64,000 nucleotides of DNA, from contig CAWJQI010000001.1 of NCBI GenBank assembly GCA_963845085.1, forward strand, positions 224,001 to 288,000. Direction: 5' to 3'. How positions within the stretch are numbered: position 1 is the first letter of the stretch; every line of letters begins with the position of its first letter. Below the pieces are notes generated by a model. The model made no database searches, was not told the origin of the DNA, and saw nothing but the letters and a program-made list of their open reading frames with translations. This stretch comes from Candidatus Fermentibacterota bacterium (GTDB taxonomy: Bacteria; Fermentibacterota; Fermentibacteria; Fermentibacterales; JCC-6). The position numbers were made by a program, and so were the translations under genes. This document shows positions 19,312-33,938 of the stretch, piece after piece.

Positions 19312-22300
19312 TCAGAAGTTGATCATGACCCAGAGGTCAAGCCCCACATCGGTCTGGTCGTACTGGGAGTTGACCCGGTCCGTCTTCCAGCCGTAAATGG
19401 CTGTGAGCCCTGCCTGAACCGTTCCGAAGTCGTAGTTCGCGTACGGTTCGATCCTCCACTCCGAGCGGTCGGTCTGAAGGATGTCGTCGCCTGCGTCCCT
19501 CAGTATTTCGCTTTTCGTGAGGCTTCGGGTGATCTTCAGGCCGGTCGTGAGGTCGCTCTGGAAGCGGAACCTGATGCGGTTCAGCAGTGGCAGCGGGATC
19601 GAAATGCCATCGGGGGCCCTGAAGGCGTAGGAAATCCCGAGCTGGGTCGCATGGCTGGTGCCCTCGGTGACGGCGCTGGTGCCGGTGAAGTTGCGGCTCT
19701 CAGTGAGCGTCAGGTTGTCGCTGAGGGTTAACTGAACCTTGTTGGTCAGGTTCGCCGTTATCGAGATGAGGGGGGCGAACCTGCGTGACACCGTTTCGCT
19801 CACGGGGGTCTCCTCGCCTCCCTCTATCCTTGATGCGGAAACCGTTTCGAGCCTGTAGCCCGAACTCACCGTGCCCGTGCGGAGGAAGGAGAAGGGAGCC
19901 AGACGCTCGAGGCCGCTCCAGGCGAGGGTGAGGGAAGGCCATGTAACGGTCTGCTGCTTGTTCCAGTAACCGCTGTAGAACGACTTTGTTAGCGTGTTTC
20001 CATACTCGGCCCGAAGCGACAGGGTGCTTATCGGCCTCACTCCCCCTCCGAGCTGGACCGCCTCGCCCTCCGTGCGGTTGTACGGGATCAGTCCGTCGAT
20101 CCGGTCCTCGATGCCGAACTGGTACCGCCACGGAGGAAGCGTCTCGAGCGACTTGTAATCGGTGGAGTTGGTAAGGGAAAGGTTCAGCGTTGGATCCGTG
20201 ATGTTGTCGGCCCATCGCTCGAGCTTCATGAGCATCCAGCGGGGACTTCCTGCGGTCGCCTCCTCATCCCTGCGCTCATCCCTGAGCCTCGAGATCCTTC
20301 TCATCATGTGGGCCAGCCCCAGCCTGAACGTGTACCTGAGGTTAGTTGAGAGGTCGACATCGGGGAGGCCCAGAGTGTCGGCTCCGGGGGTGTGCGGGCT
20401 CAGACGGGACAGGGAGTAGTTGGAATCGAAGCTGACCCTCGGCATGAGGTAGCTCCAGAGGTTGATCTCCTGCGCTGCCGAGAGGCTCTGATTCCTTGAG
20501 ATCTCCCGCCCAACGTTCACGCTGGAGCCCTCGGGGCTCCACGGGTGGTAAAGGTCCCTGCCCACTGCGAGGGAGTACGAGAGCGTGTTCCCCTTCCAGA
20601 AATTGAACCCCAGCGAGCCGTCAGTGGAAAGGGCCCTCAGTGTGTTGTTCCTGGTCTGAACGGTGTCGTCGGATGCAACGTCCCACCTCACATCCCTGCC
20701 GCGCTCGAACTTGACTCCGAAACCGAAGCGGGTCGGCTGAAGGCGGAAGTCTTCGAGGATGGGGAGCCTGAAGATTCGCATCCTTCCAAGGGCGAGGTTG
20801 TAGGCCACTGTGAACCTCTCCGACTGGAGGGAATCGGTGCCCTCGGGCGAGAGGCCGGTCTGCTCGCCCATGGTGTGCCTCACGTTCCATGGGTCAAGGA
20901 AGTACGTGCCCAGAAAACCTTCCGAGCGCGTATTCCTTCTCCACTGGACGGAGGTGTCCCAGGTTTTGTCGTCGTCGCGCTGGAACCAGGACTCCTCCCC
21001 CTCTATCCGCACATCGCTGCCGGACTGGAAACGCGGTTCGGAGAGGGTGCGGCTCCAGGCGTAGGTTGCGGGCAGCGACCATCCCCACCTCGGCGGCGTG
21101 AAGCGGTCGAGGTTGAACGTTGTGTTTGCGGAATACCTTGAAGTGGTTTTCCCGGTGCCCGTGTTCGTCCCGAGGCTGTGGAAGTCGGCGTCGACCATCC
21201 TGTAATCCGCGTTGACTGTGAGAAGGTCGGCGAAATCGATCTGCCCGGTAACCCTGTGCGCATAGCCCCTGTTCTGGTAACGGCTTCGAAGGGTTATGTC
21301 GTCTATCCAGACCTCGGCATCGAGAGGGGCCGTTTCGTCGTTCCTGACTCCGAGGGCCAGGGTGAGCACGTTTGCCAGAGTCGGGCTGCCCCGCACCGAG
21401 AGGTTGCCGGAGCTCAGGTATTCGAGTTCCTGCTGGTCCTTGAGGATCTTGAGGTCGACCATGTCCTGGAGGGGCATCTCGATCACCTGCCAGCCCTGCT
21501 GAAGCGGCACCTCGAGTTCGTAGTAGTTGAGGCTGTCACGGCCGATCTGAAAGAAGGCAACACCCTGGCCTGTGTTCCCCCTGACGAGTATCCGGAAAGC
21601 TTCGTAGCCCGTGTAGTCTACACCGGAGTAGAAGTTCTGCCTGGCCAGCCCCTGGTGGCCCGCGAGAAGGCCCGCGCAGTTCAGGCTTATGGACTGCTCG
21701 AGCTTGATGTTGCCGTAGTCGTCCTTGCCGGGATCGATGCCGGGCGGGGGGTCGTCGATGTATTCCTGGTTTTCCCTGTTGTTCACGACCGAAACGGTGA
21801 ACTCCTCGCCGGGGTCGATCGGGGGCACTATGGTCCCGATCGTTCCGATGCCGCGGGTCTCCCAGCGGTTCCCGACCACCCCGAACTCGTAGATCTCCAG
21901 TGTGTCGGCCTGGGTGAAACCCTCGGTCCAGATCCGGGCGTAGACGATCTTGCTCCAGTCCGGTTCACCGGACAGGCCGTCGGGTACGGTCACCATCAGC
22001 GAATCGTTGAGGGGAACGCTGATGAGCGTCCAGCCGTACTGGTTGGGGCCGTGGATGATGTAATCCGGGTTGTCGAGCGGGATCCTGACCCTGAAGAACG
22101 TATTGGTGCGGTCGAGCACGCCGTTGCGGTTCAGGTCTTCGGTATCCATCCTCTCGTTGTTCTCGGTGCCGTTGATCCTGTTGAACCTTGAGTCGAGAGG
22201 GTCTTCGGGGTCGTAGTCGTAGTCGTCCTGGTTGGGGTCGGGGTTGCCCGAGGAGGAGTACCCGGGCTCGGCTGTGCTGAAAAGGCCGTCGTACCCGGTA

Positions 22301-24889
22301 TTCTCAACGGTCGACAGAATGCCGTCGCCGTTCGTGTCCTCCGTGTCCAGTTCGCCGTTCGCCTCCATCTCGGTGCCGCTTCCCACCCTGACCGGCCAGT
22401 ACGAGTCCTCGTCCATGCGCTCGCCGAGATCTATGTAGAGCGAACCCTGCTGTGCGGAGTCGGTAGCCCGGACGTACAGCGTGATGTGGGTGCGCGTGGA
22501 GAAGTCCACACCGTAGCGGTCTATGCAGCGCATGATGCCGCCCCAGGATTCGGTGGCGCTCTCGTCCGGCTGGAAGTAGAGCTGCATTACGCTCGCGTCT
22601 TCCGAGGCGTTGGTCCCGGTGAGTCCCGGCACGATGTCTCCGATATGCCAGCGATGGGGCCAGTTCCACCAGCGGAGCCTTCCCGTCCCCTGTTCGCCGC
22701 CCGATACTGGAAGGGATGCGTGGGACCACGCAATCCTGCTCTGACCAAGAGGGTAGGTGGACTGGCTTCCCTCCATGTCGTCGATGTATGCCACCCTTCC
22801 ACCGCCCGGCATGCTGACCGCCATCTCGCCCGACAGCTGGATGATGCTTTCCGCCTCGGTCCTTACAAGGGGCAGCGCATTCACTGCGTCGGTCAGGAAC
22901 TCGGGCCTCACCTCGTAGTGGGCGTCGAGGTCCATCACCAGGGTGTTGTAGGCCTCCTCACCCGCAGCGGGCCTGTCCTCGGGGGTCGAGGCGCTCTCGT
23001 ACATCAATGTGGCGCCGACCCAGGAGAGCCTTCCCATCTGGTACTTCAGCCTTGTCCCGAAGAGGGATTTCGACATCTGGGCGAAGAAGGGAAGGTACTC
23101 GAAGGTTACCCTCAGCGTGTTCGCGGGGTCCTGTGCAAGCTGGGCGGCCTCGCCCATGAGCGAGAGAAGGCCGATCTCGTAGATGATGGTGTAGTCCTGG
23201 TCACGAACCAGGTCCTGCGCCACGCCGGCGACAGTCAGCGTAACGCGCTCGCTGCCCGGAACTATGCCCATCCTGCCCAGGGAGTACGTTGTGCTCGCGG
23301 CCCTGAAGCTGACCCTCATGTAGTACTTGCTCAGGTTCGTCGGCGGGTTTTTCTCGGTGTAGACCTCGGGGTTCTGCACATCGAGCACATCGCTGGTGAA
23401 GGGTCTGTTGTCCGGGAAGACTATGAACCCGTTGTCCCAGTCCATCGTTTCGGTCTCGTCTATCATGGAACCATCGCCGTTGCTGTCCAGCCCCAGAACG
23501 CTGAGGAAGGGAACGCCGTCCTGGCTTGAAGTGGGCTCCTGGCCGGGCAGCTCAAGAAAGATGTCGCAGTTGAAGCTCTCCCGCACTATGTTGTTTGCCC
23601 CCAAGATAATAGCGGTTCCTCAGCATGTACTGCCAGGTCGGGTCGCTCACTGTCGGGTTCGAGTTCTTCACGAGCAGCAGGTCGACATCGTAGTTCGCCG
23701 GATCAGTGACATAGGTGCCCAGGGTGTCGCCCGAGAACGTTACCGCGAAAACGGCTATCATGTCGTTGGTGCTCACCGGGTTCACGAAGCGTATCGTGGT
23801 GGAGTCCTCAATGACGTAGTCCTGGTCGGGTCCCTCGTTGAGAAGGTCCCATGAGCCCGTTCCGGTCAGGTCGCCGCCGCCCGGCTGCGGCACGTGCCAG
23901 TCGCCCGGTATGGAGAGCGGGTTTTCCACGCCGTCGTCACGGAAGACCTTTATGTAGGCGATAAGCGGAGCCTGCACCGTATCGGGCACCACGCCGAAGA
24001 AGTAGTTCTCCGCGGGGCGGATGTCGAGGATGGAGTCGGTCACCATGGTTGCCTGCCCGACGAAATCCGCGGATTCGGTTGAACTGGCCTGCTTGCTCGC
24101 GATCGTGGTGATCTCGAGTGGACCTACCTGGGCTTCGACCTTGGCCCCGAACAGCCCCTGGCCGGGGATGCTGTAGCTCACGAACTCGGGGCCAGTGATG
24201 GCGAGGTTCACGTCACCCATCTCGATCGAGCGGATCACCTCGTCGTCGAAACCGGTGTACCTGAGACTGACATTGTAATCCGGCTCCATCGTCCTGCGGG
24301 TGTCGTGGTCGACCTGAACGTTGATCTTCTCGCCGATGGTCCCGTCGAGGTTTATCACCAGTTCCTGTTCCATCTTGAGGTCCGGGAAATACGATGGGGT
24401 TACGCCCTCGCTGCTGACCTGGTTGGGGCGGATGTGGCTGATCCCGGAAATGGTGATCTTCTGATGGCCGCTGATGTCGAGCTGGCCGCCCTCTCCTATG
24501 ATCCCGGCGATTCCCGGGGGCATGGCGAAAGGCAGGTAGATGGTTGGCACGAGCCTGCCCGTCTCGTGGGATGACCTGATGGCGCTCGAGCTGTTGGTGA
24601 GAAGCCATCTCTTCCAGGTGGACCACTCCGTGATGCCGGCCTTTGAATCGGGAAGGAGCCAGACCCTCGACAGGGATACGGGCCGGCCCATGTACATGAG
24701 GCGGTAGGCAAGGCCGAGCCCCGACAGGGCGGGAGAGACAACGACGGTGGCCTGGGGAAGGGTGTAGAGCGTGGGCAATGAATCCTGATAGAAGACGTTG
24801 GGAGGCCCCGATGGCAACCACGGCAGCGAAACGCCGATGCCAAGGGCCGTCATGGGGATCAACAGGAGAACGAGCGTTGAATGCTTCAT
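19312..24889 (-). CDS. sprA: SprA/Sov-like type IX secretion outer-membrane translocon (~1858 aa); +1 indel in the G5 run near 23600
   Basis: Signal peptide; GTIGEKINVQVDHD, YTGFDDEVIRSIEMGDV, GLFGAKV, IVPGSERV...DYTIIYEIG, AYIDDMEG, DTEDLNRNG; long amphipathic beta region ending in F. Confidence 0.82.
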
Positions 24890-25028
24890 ATGCGTAAGAA
24901 ACAGTACTCCCATGGCAGGGGCCAGTTCCAGGTTGCAGGTAGAAACCGGATGTATAACATTCCCCAAAAACGGCGTTCATGCAAGCGGGGTCACTGCCGG
25001 GCGCCGCGCCAGACTATATTGACGCGCC

Positions 25029-26375
25029 ATGAAGATACTGCACAGGTATGTGATATCCGAGTTCATCGCCCCGTTCCTCATCTCGATCGGGGTGTTCACC
25101 TTTGTCATGCTCCTTGATAAACTCCTCGACCTTCTTGACATGATAGTGAGCAAGGGAGTGCCGCTCGTGATCGTCGGAGAGATATTCGTCCTGCTCCTCC
25201 CTTCCATGGTCGCGGTGGTGGTTCCCATGGCGGTGCTCTCGGGCGTTCTAATCGCGATCGGACGGCTGTCCGGCGACATGGAGATCTCGGCCATGAAAGC
25301 CAGCGGGATAGGCGTGATGAGGCTTATTCTCCCGCTCTCGGCGGTATCGCTTCTGCTCTGCGGCACCCTCGTGGTGTTCAACGATTCCGTTCTTCCCCAT
25401 GCCAACCACATGGCCAAGAACCTGCTGCTCGATGTGGGGACGATGAGGCCCACCGCACGGATCGTTTCGGGGATGTTCGTCGAGGACATGGAGAACTACA
25501 GAATCCTCGTCGAAAGCAAGGATGACCTTACCGGAAGGCTCGAGGGCGTCGTCATCCACCAGAGCATTCCCGGCAAGCCGCTCCGCACGATCAGCGCGAT
25601 GTCCGGCATCATGAGACCCATGGGGGCCAACCATCTCAGGCTGACGCTCTCGAACGGTCAGATGCACGAACTCGACGACAGCGGCAGGTACAGGTTCAGC
25701 GATTTCACTTCGTACACGCTCGACATAGCACGGTCCGAAGACCTTGTGAGAAGGGACCGCGACAGCCGGGGGGACCGGGAGATGTCTACAGCCCAGATGC
25801 AGGGCAGGATCGACAGCCTCGCCCGAGTCGAGCTGGATCTTTCCGACAGCCTCCACGCGACAGCGGCCGTGCCCTTCCTCGGCATCGTCGGTGGCGAGCG
25901 GCCCTACGAGCTCGATCCCGGGGCCGACTCGCTTCAGTACATGCGTGCCGCCCGGGACTGGCTCATCACCGTGGGAACGCAGGCCGCACTCACAAACGAC
26001 AGGATCACGTATCTCAGGCTCGAGCAGAACAGGTTTTCCGTCGAGATCCAGAAGAAGTACTCCATCCCGTTCGCCTGCCTTGTCTTCGTCCTGCTGGGCG
26101 TGCCGCTCGGCCTGTCGTCGAGAAGGGCCAATGCCGGCGTCTCGCTTGCCGTGAGCCTTCTGTTCATCCTGGTCTACTACTTCTTCCTCATCTCCGGTGA
26201 GAACCTTGCCGACAAGGGGCAGGTCCCGGCCTGGATAGCCATGTGGGCTCCCAACATCCTGATGGGCGCACTCGGGGTTCATCTCATATTCCGCAGCCTC
26301 AGGGAGGGCCATCCGATCCGGCTTCCCGACTTCAGGGAGCTTTGGCAGAAACTCAGGGGGAACAGGGCGACATGA
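25029..26375 (+). CDS. lptF: LPS export ABC permease LptF
   Basis: ILHRYVISE, GRLSGDMEISAMKASGIG, EIQKKYSIPFACLVF, MWAPN. Confidence 0.88.
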   Translation: MKILHRYVISEFIAPFLISIGVFTFVMLLDKLLDLLDMIVSKGVPLVIVGEIFVLLLPSMVAVVVPMAVLSGVLIAIGRLSGDMEISAMKASGIGVMRLILPLSAVSLLLCGTLVVFNDSVLPHANHMAKNLLLDVGTMRPTARIVSGMFVEDMENYRILVESKDDLTGRLEGVVIHQSIPGKPLRTISAMSGIMRPMGANHLRLTLSNGQMHELDDSGRYRFSDFTSYTLDIARSEDLVRRDRDSRGDREMSTAQMQGRIDSLARVELDLSDSLHATAAVPFLGIVGGERPYELDPGADSLQYMRAARDWLITVGTQAALTNDRITYLRLEQNRFSVEIQKKYSIPFACLVFVLLGVPLGLSSRRANAGVSLAVSLLFILVYYFFLISGENLADKGQVPAWIAMWAPNILMGALGVHLIFRSLREGHPIRLPDFRELWQKLRGNRAT

Positions 26376-27457
26376 AGAGGCTGGACAGGTACATAGCGGG
26401 CAGGTTCATAAGGATGATCTGCATGGCGGTCGCGGCTTTCACCGTCCTTTTCGTTGTTGTCGACGCCTTCGACAACATCAACCGGTGGATGGAGAAGAGC
26501 CCGGGCTGGGAATCGTTCCTGCGGTACTACGCCTTCGGCCTTCCCTACATCATCGTCCTCGTGATGCCGGTTGCCGTGCTTCTGTGCAGCCTGTTCCTTG
26601 TCACCTCCCTTGCAAGGAACAACGAACTGACGGCCATGAGGTCCTCCGGAATCAGCATACCCAGGATCTTTGCCCCGCTCCTCCTGGTGGGGCTTCTGAT
26701 AAGCGTGTTCGAGCTCGTTGTGGGTGATTTCGTGGTGGCCGAGGCAAACTACAGGCAGACCATGGTGAAGCGGGTCGAAATAGACAGGAAGGACCCGATC
26801 GACTACGGCATGCGGCATTCCTTCGCCCACAGGTCGCTCTCGGGCGCGATCATGGAGATAGGTTTCTTCGACGGAAGGGACGAAACGGTCACAGGCGCCG
26901 TTCTGGAGTGGTTCGACGGGAACTCGAGGGTGACCCGCAGGCTTGATCTCCGCAGGATGGTCTACACCGATTCCGTCTGGACGGGGCTGCAGGTGGAGGA
27001 ACGGCTCTTCGGACCCGACGGGGAGATGGAGTACCGCCACCATGACACCCTCGCGGTGCCTGAGATAACCGACACCCCCATGGACCTCGGCAGCAGGGTG
27101 AAATCCCCGCAGGAAATGAACCTTTTCGAGCTCGGACGCCACATTGCAAGAGTGAGGGCTTCGGGGGGAAATCCGAGGGAGAGCCTGGTGGAGTTCTACA
27201 TGACCCTGTTCTTCCCGTTCTCGAGCCTCATCATGGTGCTTGTGGGCGCCCCGCTTGCCACGAGGAACCCGAGAAGCGGCCGTTCGACCAGCGTGGCCAC
27301 TGCAATACTGCTGGCTTTCATCTTTTTCAGCCTCACGAGGTTCGGTCAGACGCTCGGCAACAAGGGCGCACTTGAACCGATAGTGAGTGCGGGCATTTCC
27401 AACGCGATCTTCATTGTGATCGGGGGGGTGCTGTTCCTGAGAACCGCCAGGTCCTAG
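26372..27457 (+). CDS. lptG: LPS export ABC permease LptG
   Basis: MKRLDRYI, LARNNELTAMRSSGISI; follows lptF with ATGA overlap. Confidence 0.88.
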   Translation: MKRLDRYIAGRFIRMICMAVAAFTVLFVVVDAFDNINRWMEKSPGWESFLRYYAFGLPYIIVLVMPVAVLLCSLFLVTSLARNNELTAMRSSGISIPRIFAPLLLVGLLISVFELVVGDFVVAEANYRQTMVKRVEIDRKDPIDYGMRHSFAHRSLSGAIMEIGFFDGRDETVTGAVLEWFDGNSRVTRRLDLRRMVYTDSVWTGLQVEERLFGPDGEMEYRHHDTLAVPEITDTPMDLGSRVKSPQEMNLFELGRHIARVRASGGNPRESLVEFYMTLFFPFSSLIMVLVGAPLATRNPRSGRSTSVATAILLAFIFFSLTRFGQTLGNKGALEPIVSAGISNAIFIVIGGVLFLRTARS

Positions 27458-27921
27458 AAAAGGGCTGACAGCCTTCCGGCGGTGGAGGAAACAAGCCGTT
27501 CCCGGCAGGACCGACCCCAGTTCACCACACCTGTTCCCCGCACCGAGGCGCCCCGTTCCTCACAAAGCCTGCAGAGCTGCCGCACAGCCCGGTTGCCGCC
27601 CATCCAGGCGAACGGGAAGGCCTGCGTTACAAAGCATGCCGACGTTCTGCCCCCGAGCGGAGGCAGAGTTTTCATGAACGCGGCCATCACCGGTGAAAGG
27701 GAAAAGCCGTGAACGGGCGCTGCGAAGACAAACCCCTGGTACCCCTCGAGCGAGGGCGGGTCGTCGAACACGATGGTTTCGGGTTTCTGTTCGGAACCGC
27801 CCGAGGGTTTGACATCGAAAACCACAGCGGTGTGGCCCGACTCTTCAAGCTCCGCGAGGAGCCTGTCGGCCACGGAGCGCGTATTTCCGGTCTGGGAGTG
27901 CACGACAAGGCAAATGTTCAT
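27454..27921 (-). CDS. Flavodoxin-family protein
   Basis: VHSQTGNTRSVA FMN loop; FAAPVHGF. Confidence 0.8.
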   Translation of the reverse strand: MNICLVVHSQTGNTRSVADRLLAELEESGHTAVVFDVKPSGGSEQKPETIVFDDPPSLEGYQGFVFAAPVHGFSLSPVMAAFMKTLPPLGGRTSACFVTQAFPFAWMGGNRAVRQLCRLCEERGASVRGTGVVNWGRSCRERLVSSTAGRLSALF

Positions 27922-28056
27922 TCCACCACCCCTTCTTCTGCATCGTAATGAAAGCGATGCGGCCGGACAGGTCAAGGGTTGCTTTCAATGGGCCGGTTTG
28001 GATATGCTTGCACTGTGCTCTTTACCTGTCTCATCAAAGGAAGCTGGAGGCTTTTT

Positions 28057-29145
28057 ATGTCAAAGCGCGTTCACAACTTCTACGCAGGGCCGGCGACCCT
28101 TCCTCTGGAAGTGGTGCAGAAAGCGCAGAAGGGTCTTGATGACTTCGCGGGCCAGGGAATGTCGGTCATGGAGATCTCGCACAGGTCGAAACCATTCGAG
28201 GCGATGTTCAAGAATGCCCAGTCCAAGATGCTTTCCATCATGGGTCTCTCCCCGGACGAGTACTACGTGCTCTTCCTGGGAGGCGGAGCAAGCATGCAGT
28301 TCTGCATGGTGCCCTTCAACTTCCTTCGCAAGGACGAGACTGCTGACTACATAAACACCGGAGAATGGGCTTCCAAGGCGATCAAGGAAGCGAAGCTCTT
28401 CGGCGGGGTGAACGTTGCCGCCAGCAGCGAGGAGACCAACTTCGACCGCATCCCGGCAACGATCAAGCTCACGCCCGGCGCCGCCTATGTTCACACCACG
28501 AGCAACAACACCCTTTACGGCACCGAGATGTGGAACTTCCCCGATACGGGTTCCGTGCCTCATGTTTGTGACATGTCAAGCGACTTCCTCAGCAGGGAAC
28601 TCGACTACAACCAGTTCAGCCTCATCTACGCCGGGGCGCAGAAGAACATCGGCCCCTCGGGCGTCACTGCCGTGGTTGTCAGGAAGAGCTGGCTTGAGAA
28701 CGCCAAATCCGACATCCCCACCATGATGAAGTACAAGGTTCATGTTGAGAAGGAAGGCCTCTACAACACTCCCCCGTGCTTCCCGGTCTTCGTGATCGAC
28801 CTCGTGATGGACTGGATCATGGAGAACGGCGGCCTTGCAGGCATCGAGAAGCGCAACAGGGCGAAGGCCGGGGTCATCTACAACGCCATAGACAAGAGCG
28901 GCGGCTTCTACAAGCCCCACGTAAGCCATGTCCCGAGCCGAAGCCTTATGAACATCACGTTCCGGCTCCCCAGTGAAGACCTTGAGAACAAGTTCGTCGA
29001 TGAGGCCAAGAAGCTCGACCTCATTGGCCTCAAGGGCCACAGGAACGTGGGGGGATGCAGGGCGTCGCTCTACAACGCCATGACGATCGAAGGCGCGGAA
29101 GCACTTGCCTCCTTCATGGAGGGCTTCATGGTTCGTAACGGCTGA
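28057..29145 (+). CDS. serC: Phosphoserine aminotransferase
   Basis: NFYAGPATLP, EISHRS, GGASMQF, DMSSD, YAGAQKNIGP, YNTPP, GHRNVGGCRASLYNA. Confidence 0.96.
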   Translation: MSKRVHNFYAGPATLPLEVVQKAQKGLDDFAGQGMSVMEISHRSKPFEAMFKNAQSKMLSIMGLSPDEYYVLFLGGGASMQFCMVPFNFLRKDETADYINTGEWASKAIKEAKLFGGVNVAASSEETNFDRIPATIKLTPGAAYVHTTSNNTLYGTEMWNFPDTGSVPHVCDMSSDFLSRELDYNQFSLIYAGAQKNIGPSGVTAVVVRKSWLENAKSDIPTMMKYKVHVEKEGLYNTPPCFPVFVIDLVMDWIMENGGLAGIEKRNRAKAGVIYNAIDKSGGFYKPHVSHVPSRSLMNITFRLPSEDLENKFVDEAKKLDLIGLKGHRNVGGCRASLYNAMTIEGAEALASFMEGFMVRNG

Positions 29146-29165
29146 TACCGCCTGAGAATACGGAT

Positions 29166-29194
29166 GGGCGCCGCGGCTTTCAGCGGCGCCCTTT
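29166..29194 (+). terminator. Hairpin terminator between convergent serC and ligA
   Basis: GGGCGCCGC-N8-GCGGCGCCC followed by TTT. Confidence 0.65.
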
Positions 29195-29196
29195 CC

Positions 29197-33148
<3,952 letters not shown>

Positions 33149-33239
33149 AGTGTATCACGAAAGCGTTCCACGCGCAAGTCTGGACAGTGGGGGATGCCTT
33201 TGCGTAGGTTCAGTTGTCAGATCAATACCGGAGGTATCA

Positions 33240-33938
33240 ATGCTTCAATCCCTGATGATGCTTGTCCATAACGCTGCCCCGCAACCCGGCGCACTCACCG
33301 CGCTTTTCTGGTCCGGCGCTGCGGCGGCGAGCTTTCTTGTCATCCAGTTCGCCGGGGCGAGGTATTACGCGTTCAGCCAGTCCCGCAATCCCCGTACTCC
33401 CATAACTTTCCTCGTCATTCTCGGCGCGCTGGGGGTGGCTGGAACGGTTGTTTTCAGCCTGATCCACGACCTTGATCTGCAGCTCTTTCTGGGCATGACC
33501 TGCGGCGCCTTCCTCTGGACGGCGCTGGGCGAGATCCCCGAGGAGAGCGGATGGTACTCCTATTCCAGCAGGCGGTCTCTTCTTGCATTCCTGTGCTTCT
33601 TCGCGGCCTGGCTGCTCATCGGGTTCATCTTCACGGGTGTTCCCATGGCGATCACCGGGTGCATCGCCTACATCGCCTGGGTCTGGGGGCTCCAGCAGGC
33701 AAGAACAAGGGTGATCAGCAGGTGGGGGGCCGTTTCACTGGCCACGACGCTGCTGATCATAGCTCTGGGCATGCTCGCGGGCGGTGCAGTGGTTCTCGGT
33801 GCAATGTTCGGAACTGCATTCAGCGGAACAAGCGCCGGCCTTGCCTTTGCGGTCACGGGGTGGTCGATCCTTGAGATCATCTGGGAACAGGAGATGGCGC
33901 ACGGTCCCTGGAAGCCGAAGAATCAAAAGACCATGTAG
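33240..33938 (+). CDS. Hypothetical polytopic membrane protein
   Basis: GGAGG RBS, ATG 33240, about 7 hydrophobic helices. Confidence 0.65.
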   Translation: MLQSLMMLVHNAAPQPGALTALFWSGAAAASFLVIQFAGARYYAFSQSRNPRTPITFLVILGALGVAGTVVFSLIHDLDLQLFLGMTCGAFLWTALGEIPEESGWYSYSSRRSLLAFLCFFAAWLLIGFIFTGVPMAITGCIAYIAWVWGLQQARTRVISRWGAVSLATTLLIIALGMLAGGAVVLGAMFGTAFSGTSAGLAFAVTGWSILEIIWEQEMAHGPWKPKNQKTM

